Part shown: piece by piece, positions 18,126-25,437 of the stretch
Position numbering within the stretch: the stretch's first letter is position 1
Layout: every line of letters begins with the position of its first letter
Made by a program: the position numbers and the translations under genes
Virus record (IMG/VR): IMGVR_UViG_3300005805_000295
Location: 1 to 31,555 of that record
Source: a virus
Lineage: Duplodnaviria; Caudoviricetes
Direction: 5' to 3' (one strand)
Length of the DNA: 31,555 nt
The notes under the pieces: model-generated
What the model was told of the DNA's origin: nothing
Databases searched by the model: none
The model's input: only the letters and a program-made list of their open reading frames with translations

Positions 18126-19494
18126 TTTCAGCCTCCATTTCAGATGAATACAACTCAACTAACTTCTCATGTAAATCAATTTTGTTTTCCAACATACGGT
18201 ACATCTTTCTCTCTACTTCTGAACCTTCAAGATGAATGACAGTCATCTTGTGTTGCTGACCTACTCTATCAATACGGGCTACACATTGTATATACGTCTC
18301 CACTGACATGACAGGCGACCAAAACACAATCGTATCTGCCGCTGTAAGTGTGATGCCATGCGACGCCGCTTGAGGTTGCACAACAAGCACCCGTGGATGA
18401 TCCGTTGTTTGGAATCTAGAAAATATAGCAGCACGTTCACCCGCGCTGACTTGACCGTTGACAATCTCTGCTGTGTAACCTCCTTTAATAAGATGTTTAT
18501 GAACAAGCTCAATCGTGTGCGTGTACGGTACGAAGACTATAACTTTGCGCTCAGTCTCAACCATCACTTCCTCAAGCACACGCAAGCGATGCGATACGTC
18601 AAACTCTAACACTTCTCCGCTGTCCGAGTAAACAGCTCCACCAGAAATTTGTAACAATTTAGTAAGCATAGCGGCAGCATTGACTGCGCTGACTTTCTCA
18701 CCCGCTGCTTTGATCAGCAGTTCATTCTTGAGTGATAGATAATATTTCTGCTGTTGCCCAGTCATGGGGGCGCTACGGTACTGATACATGACCTCTGGCA
18801 GATCTAGGCACTCATCTTTAGTGAACCTAATCGCAGGTTGTAATACTTTGTAGACCACATCTCTAGCGCCGGGGCGGGGCGACCACTTAAATTTAGTAAC
18901 GGGGAACATCACTCTGTCGCGCCATGCTCCAAAAAATTTTGGTACATTCTCTGGGCAGACTAGCTTGGCAAGCCCGTACGCATCCACAGGCGACTGAGAA
19001 GCAGGAGTGCCTGTCAGCATCCACAACCCTGTGTATGGTAGGACTAAAGCCTTGAGTGTTTTCCAACGTAATGTTGTTGAGGTCTTGTAAGCGTTGGCCT
19101 CATCAACAACGATCAGATCAAAGCCAGCGTTATAAATATCCTTGGCTACAATATTTACACCATCATAGTTGATGATGACAAACTCGTAGTTACTGTTGAT
19201 GATCTTGGATCGCTTGCTCGCAGATCCATAGGCTACTGCCGTTCTACGGTGCATAGCAGTCTTAAATAGGTCTGACTGCCAAGCTGAATACATGATGGAT
19301 AGGGGGCAGATGATTAGCACACGCTTGAGGATGCCTTGGTTCATCAGGTAGTCACAGGCCCATATGACCGATGACGTTTTGCCCGTACCTGCTTCGTTGA
19401 AGCAGAAAGCCCGTGGGTTATCAACTAAGAATTCTGCCGTGGTCTTTTGGTGATCAAACGGCTTGAACATTCCGGGCCAACTATAGTCTTGCAT
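18112..19494 (-). CDS. SNF2-family (SF2) helicase
   Basis: Motif I EAGTGKT, II IVVDEA, III LTGTP, V ASHGITLT, VI QCVARIDRVGQ. Confidence 0.92.
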   Translation of the reverse strand: MQDYSWPGMFKPFDHQKTTAEFLVDNPRAFCFNEAGTGKTSSVIWACDYLMNQGILKRVLIICPLSIMYSAWQSDLFKTAMHRRTAVAYGSASKRSKIINSNYEFVIINYDGVNIVAKDIYNAGFDLIVVDEANAYKTSTTLRWKTLKALVLPYTGLWMLTGTPASQSPVDAYGLAKLVCPENVPKFFGAWRDRVMFPVTKFKWSPRPGARDVVYKVLQPAIRFTKDECLDLPEVMYQYRSAPMTGQQQKYYLSLKNELLIKAAGEKVSAVNAAAMLTKLLQISGGAVYSDSGEVLEFDVSHRLRVLEEVMVETERKVIVFVPYTHTIELVHKHLIKGGYTAEIVNGQVSAGERAAIFSRFQTTDHPRVLVVQPQAASHGITLTAADTIVFWSPVMSVETYIQCVARIDRVGQQHKMTVIHLEGSEVERKMYRMLENKIDLHEKLVELYSSEMEAENESE

Positions 19495-19692
19495 AACTTA
19501 TCCATAACTAAATTAACTTGTCACGCACGCGTCGGGGAAAATCCCCGACGATGCGACTAGACCTAACACGCCAGGAGGCTCCACTATGAAAGCTTTAAAC
19601 GCTGCCTAGTTGATGCGGTTTTTTGGGGTGTCCACTCACACCTAACGACTATGACGTTCCAACTGCCGAGAAACGCCCCCCGTCTGGAATAC
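19495..19692 (-). ncRNA. Candidate structured 5' leader / small RNA upstream of the helicase
   Basis: About 200-nt intergenic stretch directly after a consensus promoter. Contains hairpin CGTCGGGG-ATTTT-CCCCGACG (19530-19550, extendable by CGCA/TGCG) and GGTGT-GAGTGG-ACACC. Confidence 0.4.
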
Positions 19693-19698
19693 AAGTAA

Positions 19699-19726
19699 AT
19701 TATAGGGTCTACTTTGAATATGTCAA
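19699..19726 (-). promoter_or_regulatory. Consensus sigma70 promoter TTGACA-16bp-TATAAT
   Basis: The - strand reads TTGACA tattcaaagtagaccc TATAAT; the -35 box overlaps the stop codon of the upstream gene. Confidence 0.8.
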
Positions 19727-20037
19727 GTCTTTTTTCTTTCTCTTTTGCTAGTTTCCGAAACTAATTGTCGTTTGGAGTTACGGCGAAAGGATCTATTCGT
19801 ACTTGGAGATTGTATTGTGTATCCATCTCCATTCGTACCTCCCTTTGATAGGGCGCGTCGATGAGCGATATCCTTACCTTCTCTTGCGTCTGCCGTACCA
19901 TCGTGATCAGCATCCTTACCGCGCTTGTCAACAGCTCGTCTAGCTCGTTGTCTTTCCATGCGGTCTGCATGTTCACCTCTAGCTTTTTGTTGCTGATACT
20001 CTTTTTTGTATGGCCTTGGTTTGTTAACGTAAGGCAT
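19723..20037 (-). CDS. HNH-like small basic protein
   Basis: GKDIAHRRALSKGGTN...SPSTNRS matches the HNH (betabetaalpha-Me) pattern. Start re-assigned to MPYVNKPRPY (AGGAG RBS). Confidence 0.7.
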   Translation of the reverse strand: MPYVNKPRPYKKEYQQQKARGEHADRMERQRARRAVDKRGKDADHDGTADAREGKDIAHRRALSKGGTNGDGYTIQSPSTNRSFRRNSKRQLVSETSKRERKKT

Positions 20038-20038
20038 G

Positions 20039-20698
20039 TCAACTCCTATTGAACTCACAGGTTCGCACGGCACAGTAGCCGCACAGTACAGTCGGGTTAG
20101 CTACCCATTCATTGGTTGCGTGAGCCTCTTCCCACCGAGCAAGGTGGGGTGTGAAGTGTGCCCACAGATCATCAGTTTGATCCCTTGTGTAGGCTTCGTC
20201 AACTATGACGTTGTGCATGATGAAGAACAACGCGGCCTTGATATTCAGCACCTCTGGGAAGTGGGCAAACACCATCAAGCCCATGAGCTTTAACTGCATA
20301 GGATCGGGGTAGTTGGCACTACCAGTCTTGTAATCCACGATGTGCGCCGTGTCACCATCGACAATGATCATGTCAGCGATACCACGAACCCACCGGTTCT
20401 TATCCTCATAGTCACATGCCTTGCGGTTAGACAGTAGCCCCATCTTATATTCTGGGTACTTGTTGCCATCGATCTCCAAGATGCCATCGACATAGCCTTG
20501 GTATCGCTTGTAATTGTTTGGAAGAGGTGTACCGTCTACAGCGTACTTTTCCAGAGCTTTGTGTACTGCATTACCGTAGCGTAGAGCTTGCGTGTAGGGC
20601 TGTTGAAAGTTCTTTGCGATTTGGGTTTCGTAGTGTCTACGTGGGCAACCCATGAAATCTTTTAAACGAGAGTAAGACCAATTGATAACTGATTCCAT
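20039..20698 (-). CDS. PD-(D/E)XK (RecB/Cas4-like) exonuclease
   Basis: WSYSRLKDF.GCP, RGIAD, IVDYKTG, QLKLM and C-terminal CGYC...C (4-Cys, Fe-S-type staple). Start re-assigned to MESVINW. Confidence 0.85.
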   Translation of the reverse strand: MESVINWSYSRLKDFMGCPRRHYETQIAKNFQQPYTQALRYGNAVHKALEKYAVDGTPLPNNYKRYQGYVDGILEIDGNKYPEYKMGLLSNRKACDYEDKNRWVRGIADMIIVDGDTAHIVDYKTGSANYPDPMQLKLMGLMVFAHFPEVLNIKAALFFIMHNVIVDEAYTRDQTDDLWAHFTPHLARWEEAHATNEWVANPTVLCGYCAVRTCEFNRS

Positions 20699-20709
20699 AC
20701 TAATTTCTC

Positions 20710-22581
20710 CTATCCACACGCTCCGTAGGATAAACCATATTTAGCCTCACATGTGATAGGCAATCCAGGTGCCCAGCTTGGTCTAGTGTTCATACATTCT
20801 ATGACATACGCAAGGGCTTCATCCAGTTCATCTTCTGGTACAACAACTACAACAGCATCATGTACAGTCAGTGCTGGCCGGTATCTTTCGCTGATCAAAA
20901 GCATCTGCTCTCCGATGACACACCGTGCTAATGCTTGAACAATGTTCTCAACAATTGAGCCACCCCAGACAGACACTGGGCCTCTACGCGATTTATAAAC
21001 AATTCTAGATTTAGCTTCGGATGTATCGCGGGTAATCTCGGGGTAGTGCAGATAAAAGCCGTTGGGTAAAAGTATGCCCTCTGGACAAGCAGTCACGCAG
21101 TCGTGAACTCCTATGTAGTAGTCCTTCTTGTTTTTAGGCCAGCTTATAAGATTCTCAAGAAAGTTATCACAGTCAGCCCACAGGTCAATGATCTTGTCGT
21201 TCTCTGATCGATACAAATCAACGATACGTTTGGCCTCGTCGTCATCAACGACAGCCCCTGGCGGCTGAGTCTTTAAAGTGTGCTGGAGCTTGGCCGCACC
21301 TGTACCGTAACCAAGCCCAAGGATACAAGTCTTTCCAACGAAACGTTCTATAGGATTCTCTTTTGATATAGGGCGCCCATATACTTTAGTAGCAAACTCA
21401 GAGTACACATCCCTGCCTTGAGCGAAGGCATCCACCACATCAGTCTGCCCAGCCAGCCATGCAAGTATGCGAGCTTCGATCTGCGATGAATCTGAGTTGA
21501 TGACGAAGTGGCCGGGGTATGGCACAATGGCATTCTTTAAAGTCTTTTTCTTCTTGTCGCGGCTAGGTAGGTTCTGGAAGTTGACCTTGTCTTGGCCCGC
21601 CCAGCGTCCAGTATGTGCGCCATAATATTTTAGTGGGATCGGCAAGCGGCGTTGATTACGCTTACCAATATCGATGAACCGCTCGATGCGGGACTCTTCG
21701 ATGGTTGACTTCGTGCCTAGACGCACAGCACAGAGTTGCTGAATAAACGGGTCTTCATGTTCAGTGAGCGCAAGGAACCCTTCGTCGTTCTTAGCCAGTG
21801 CGAACGTGGGTTTGCCCGTGGTTGGGCTTTCTTTGACCGGCGGCTCTACGCCAAAAGATTTTAGGAGTTCCGCAAACTGCTTATTTGATGCCAGTTTTTT
21901 CCTTACCTCTTCCTCGGTATTGCACCCCAGCTTTTCTTTTAGCGAACTAAGAAGCTCAGACTTCTCCGCCCGCACATCCTCTAGCCTTTCTAATAAAAGG
22001 TTTTCATCCACGGTAAACACAGGGTGAATGTACATTCTTAAGGTTAAGTTTATGAGGTCTAGCTCAGACTCAGGAAACTTGTGGGCCATGCACTCAAACA
22101 ATTTGTAAGTCAGCTCGACATCGTTGACACAATACTCACCGTAACGTGCAAGCTCCTCGGGCGTGAAGTCAGCTTTGCGCTTGCCCTTGGCATGAATAAC
22201 TTCTTCGCCCTTCACCCCGATTTGATACCGCTCGGCCAAGACTTTGAGACTGCCCCCCGCATCCACACCGTGCAGGGCGCGAGCCATACAAAGTGTGTCA
22301 AGATATTTTTGCGGAGAGATTTGTAATGTCCAGGCGAGCACAGAGCCATCAAACATTGTGTTGTGACATAGGAGCATAGAGTCCCGCCAAGGCAGGGATC
22401 TCAGATGCTTATTTAACATTTCACGCGACCCTGAAATCCAATAAGCAGGGGCATCATTGATCTTGATCCCGATACCGATAATTTCAAATTCAGGATGACG
22501 GACGTACTCCTCCGTTGTCAGTCGGGTCAGTGAAACTTCTTGGCTGTAAAAAGTTTCTAGGTCTAATGTTATTAGGTTCAT
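20710..22581 (-). CDS. polA: Family A DNA polymerase with 3'-5' exonuclease domain
   Basis: Exo motifs DLET, HNTMFD and YCVND; HTGRWAG; motif A DSSQIEARILA; motif B RFVGKTCILGLGYG; motif C TVHDA. Start re-assigned to MNLITLD (ATGA overlap). Confidence 0.93.
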   Translation of the reverse strand: MNLITLDLETFYSQEVSLTRLTTEEYVRHPEFEIIGIGIKINDAPAYWISGSREMLNKHLRSLPWRDSMLLCHNTMFDGSVLAWTLQISPQKYLDTLCMARALHGVDAGGSLKVLAERYQIGVKGEEVIHAKGKRKADFTPEELARYGEYCVNDVELTYKLFECMAHKFPESELDLINLTLRMYIHPVFTVDENLLLERLEDVRAEKSELLSSLKEKLGCNTEEEVRKKLASNKQFAELLKSFGVEPPVKESPTTGKPTFALAKNDEGFLALTEHEDPFIQQLCAVRLGTKSTIEESRIERFIDIGKRNQRRLPIPLKYYGAHTGRWAGQDKVNFQNLPSRDKKKKTLKNAIVPYPGHFVINSDSSQIEARILAWLAGQTDVVDAFAQGRDVYSEFATKVYGRPISKENPIERFVGKTCILGLGYGTGAAKLQHTLKTQPPGAVVDDDEAKRIVDLYRSENDKIIDLWADCDNFLENLISWPKNKKDYYIGVHDCVTACPEGILLPNGFYLHYPEITRDTSEAKSRIVYKSRRGPVSVWGGSIVENIVQALARCVIGEQMLLISERYRPALTVHDAVVVVVPEDELDEALAYVIECMNTRPSWAPGLPITCEAKYGLSYGACG

Positions 22582-22985
22582 GTCCTTGCTCGTATGGCGG
22601 CGGCGGCTTCTGCTTTCGTAACCCAAGCGCCATTACGTTCTATTGCTTCAACAACCTTCGCACATGCCTCACGCTCAGACTCCCTGATCTGCCACTCAAG
22701 TTCTTTCAGCAAATCTTCAATGCTATCGCCGTGACCTGTGGCGTAGCCTTGTTGCGTCATCCACTGTGCTACCTTCTCACGCCCTATAACAAGGGCTTCC
22801 TCAAGCTCCTTGATGTGCGCGTTTATCTTTTCAATTTCTGGAGCATTCGCAGCGATGATTTGCTTCTCTTTTTCAGCGGTAACAAGGGCGGCGAAATGGA
22901 CGATCAAGTCTGGGAAAACCGCCAAGTCGCCTTCCGTAAATCCAGCCTCCCGCGCCAGCTTGATGATGTCTTCTCTAGTCATCAT
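22578..22985 (-). CDS. Hypothetical phage protein (EREACAKV...AAAAIRAR type)
   Basis: 135 aa, overlaps both neighbours; motif common in small proteobacterial phage proteins. Confidence 0.75.
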   Translation of the reverse strand: MMTREDIIKLAREAGFTEGDLAVFPDLIVHFAALVTAEKEKQIIAANAPEIEKINAHIKELEEALVIGREKVAQWMTQQGYATGHGDSIEDLLKELEWQIRESEREACAKVVEAIERNGAWVTKAEAAAAIRART

Positions 22986-23223
22986 TAGCCACCTTTCTAA
23001 GTAACTTAACTAAGTTTTCAAGCGTCTCAAGACTGTAGCTACCAGCGGTCAGGTACACCACTACAGAGGGCGTCTTAGTGGCTGGCTCTCGCCAAGCTTC
23101 GTCCTGACACCTTTTCCATGTGTCGGCAATCCACTGTCGTGTTTGCTCTAGCGTCATGGCACTTGTTGCTACGGGCAGAGGCTCCCCGTCTGCTGGTGTC
23201 TTTGCGTTTTTGTTTTCAGCCAT
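22975..23223 (-). CDS. Hypothetical protein (82 aa, MAENKNAK...)
   Basis: An internal ATG of ORF 22975..23343 gives tight packing with both neighbours. Confidence 0.6.
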   Translation of the reverse strand: MAENKNAKTPADGEPLPVATSAMTLEQTRQWIADTWKRCQDEAWREPATKTPSVVVYLTAGSYSLETLENLVKLLRKVANDD

Positions 23224-23626
23224 TGTTCTTCTCCCGCAGCTTGGCTTCGATAGATTCCGCAAAATCCTCCACGTTCTGATGTTCATAGCAAATGTGAAAC
23301 TCCACAGCACTGCCACTCGCTTTGTTGCATTTCCAGATTTCATCTGCTGTCAGACCAACCCATTCTTTCTTTTGTGGTGCGGTGTACAGGGGTGACCGAC
23401 CTTCGCCAGCAGATTTGTAAATGGTTCCACACCCTACTGCATCGAAATGCTCACGCACCTCATCAATCTTTACCCAGCCCTCTACTGCGTTCCAGTATTC
23501 AAACGGCTCCGTCTCCAGTGCTTGGCGCAGGGCGGTGATGGCCAGTTTTCTATGAACCAAACCCAGATGGCTTACCGGATCGCTCTCTAGCGCCTCTAGC
23601 GCCATCTGCATAGCTTCTCTGCTCAT
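23216..23626 (-). CDS. Hypothetical phage protein
   Basis: 136 aa; MQMALEALE...PLYTAP..EWVGLT.DEI...IEAKLREKN mosaic motif; ATGA overlap. Confidence 0.75.
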   Translation of the reverse strand: MSREAMQMALEALESDPVSHLGLVHRKLAITALRQALETEPFEYWNAVEGWVKIDEVREHFDAVGCGTIYKSAGEGRSPLYTAPQKKEWVGLTADEIWKCNKASGSAVEFHICYEHQNVEDFAESIEAKLREKNNG

Positions 23627-23811
23627 GCTCTATCTCCTTCTCTATCTCTCCAACTGTCATTGCCTTTGGTACGCTGCTCGTAAACTTCCATTAACAACTC
23701 AGCAGCTTCTTTGATCTTGAATTTCTCTGCTGTGCAGTAGTCAGGCAAACCTTCGGCGTAACCTTCAAGCCATGCGGCTAGCATGGCGAACTTCCACAGT
23801 GGGCTACTCAT
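23623..23811 (-). CDS. Hypothetical protein
   Basis: 62 aa, overlaps both neighbours. Confidence 0.65.
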   Translation of the reverse strand: MSSPLWKFAMLAAWLEGYAEGLPDYCTAEKFKIKEAAELLMEVYEQRTKGNDSWRDREGDRA

Positions 23812-24046
23812 CTGCCTTCCTCATAAACGGTGGGTCTTTTTCGTTGTTTAGTATGCGAGCGATCTCACGGTCTATGTACCAACGTGCCTTTCTCAGATCT
23901 TCAACCTGCTCGCCTTTCAACGAAGCTCTCCAGATGTACTTCGTAGCGTTCCCTAAGTTGAAGTTCATGTGTTCGGTAATCTCTATACACTCTACGCCGC
24001 TTGGGTGTGAGGTGTAGTGTTTAGGATGATTAACTGGATCGTTCAT
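23804..24046 (-). CDS. DUF3310 (T7 gp1.7/SaV-like) protein
   Basis: DPVNHPKHY...ECIEI...FNLGNATKYIWRA..K...EDLRKARWY signature. Confidence 0.88.
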   Translation of the reverse strand: MNDPVNHPKHYTSHPSGVECIEITEHMNFNLGNATKYIWRASLKGEQVEDLRKARWYIDREIARILNNEKDPPFMRKADE

Positions 24047-24186
24047 ACTTTGTGCCCCTCTCGTATTTTCATAATGGCTTCAGCCACCAACGCTTGTGCC
24101 TCGCGCACAATGCTTCGTCTTCCTTTGAGCACACCAAGCAAGTAGCCCACAAGGAACACACTAATCCAAGTTATAAAATCTTCCAT
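24043..24186 (-). CDS. Small putative membrane-anchored protein (47 aa; not in ORF track)
   Basis: MEDFITWISVFLVGYLLGVLKGRRSIVREAQALVAEAIMKIREGHKV*; fills the gap exactly, with an ATGA overlap to the next gene; hydrophobic N-terminus followed by KGRR. Confidence 0.65.
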   Translation of the reverse strand: MEDFITWISVFLVGYLLGVLKGRRSIVREAQALVAEAIMKIREGHKV

Positions 24187-24410
24187 CCTTTCACCTCGTC
24201 TGTCCAAAATCTTTTCCATAACTGCATCGTCGTAAGACGTGCGCCTACTTCAACCATTTCAGTGGTGCTGTACTTCTTACACTCATGTTCTCTGCCAGGA
24301 CTTATCCATGTATGTTTAAAACTGTAATGGGGCAGATACGGCACACCACGCAGAATGAACACAGGCTGTGTTACCGTTTCTGCTGGTTTATTTAGATTCA
24401 TCATGTTCAT
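24171..24410 (-). CDS. Hypothetical protein
   Basis: 79 aa; AAGGAAGGA RBS immediately downstream of the array. Confidence 0.7.
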   Translation of the reverse strand: MNMMNLNKPAETVTQPVFILRGVPYLPHYSFKHTWISPGREHECKKYSTTEMVEVGARLTTMQLWKRFWTDEVKGWKIL

Positions 24411-24433
24411 AGTTTTCCTTCCTTAATTAAATT

Positions 24434-24963
24434 ACCTGCCTCATCAAAATCCACCACACCTTGTGTTACCTAACGCCACCGTGCCTGCCCTAACAAACCG
24501 CACCAAATAAAACCGAACCGAACCTTACCTAGCCTGCCTTATGAGACCTTACATATAACAACTAACCCGACCTCACCTATCCTGCCAAAACGAACCGCGC
24601 CGAACCATACCCAAAGACAACCTACCGAACCGAGCCTGCCCGACCGAACCATATAACGCCGAACGAAATACCACCTAACCTTGCCTGCCTGACCGCATCA
24701 AACCACATCCCTCCTTACCCCATCACACCCCACCTGACCTGCTACACCAAACCCGACCCGACCTCACCTCACCCGACCTCACCACGCCTGCCGAACCATG
24801 CCCCACCTAACCTAAATACACCGCACCAGACCACACCCAACCGCACCTTGCCTGCCTCATCAAACCTTACCACACCCCACCTCACCAAGCCTGACCGACC
24901 GTACCATGCCTGCCCCACCGAACTCCACCGTACCAAGCCTGACCTTACCGTACCCGGCCTGCC
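24434..24963 (-). ncRNA. Array of 10 units GGCA+(GGY-NN)n: candidate guide-RNA array of a non-CRISPR RNA-guided (VIPR-like) system
   Basis: Eleven GGCAGG delimiters (CCTGCC on + at 24435, 24484, 24533, 24581, 24635, 24684, 24738 variant, 24787, 24851, 24909, 24958) with spacings 49,49,48,54,49,54,49,64,58,49 = 4+5n (two units 1 nt short). 73 of 97 pentamers start with GGY. Confidence 0.85.
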
Positions 24964-25427
24964 TAAACCTTCTCTAACTTGTTGCGTAGGACTAAGACTT
25001 GTTCAAGCAATGCTTCCATCTCATCCACCATATCAAGGGCTTGCGCTACGTTCTTTGCTCTTCTTAGCGCACCAACAATGAGTGCAACTTCATTATTAAT
25101 AACTTCTCTTGAAAGATCTTTATTACTACGTACTTTGGTAAGTGTGGTGTAACCTTGCTCGTTACCTTTTTTGCTTGGATCACGTAGATAGAAAGGTGCT
25201 TTAATAACAACTTTCTCTGTGGTTACAATCACGCGCACAGAAGCAATTAGATTACGTGCGGTATCAATCCAGTGCTTATGTGCTGCGCTCTCAAGACTCC
25301 AGTCAAAGTAGCTATGCAGGGGACTTGATGGGTTCTTAGCATCTGCCACTACGATGTCTGGTGTGAGCGACCCCCCGTGGAGGGCCGCAATCTCCTCTAA
25401 TCTTTTAGCTATTGCGGCTCTATCCAT
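24963..25427 (-). CDS. Accessory protein of the Cas7-like/array locus (LTP..VV..A....SPLH.YFDW family)
   Basis: 154 aa; AGGAG RBS; lies between the RAMP-like gene and the array, and the G of its TAG stop is the first base of the first GGCAGG. Confidence 0.8.
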   Translation of the reverse strand: MDRAAIAKRLEEIAALHGGSLTPDIVVADAKNPSSPLHSYFDWSLESAAHKHWIDTARNLIASVRVIVTTEKVVIKAPFYLRDPSKKGNEQGYTTLTKVRSNKDLSREVINNEVALIVGALRRAKNVAQALDMVDEMEALLEQVLVLRNKLEKV

Positions 25428-25437
25428 GTTTATCTCC

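Noticed and set aside
20039-20698. Cas4-like nuclease as the acquisition arm of the array system
   Set aside because: It sits next to polA in the standard replication block, about 3.7 kb away; such nucleases are routine in phages.
24434-24963. Canonical CRISPR array or simple satellite
   Set aside because: There is no 23-47-bp direct repeat with unique spacers; the constant part is a 6-7-nt delimiter plus an interleaved GGY scaffold. NN values are too diverse and unit lengths too quantised for a slippage satellite. A G-quadruplex role is not excluded but would not explain the delimiters.
24848-25081. 77-aa + strand ORF over the array
   Set aside because: Pro/Thr-rich translation of a 5-nt periodic sequence, antisense to the operon and overlapping a real gene.
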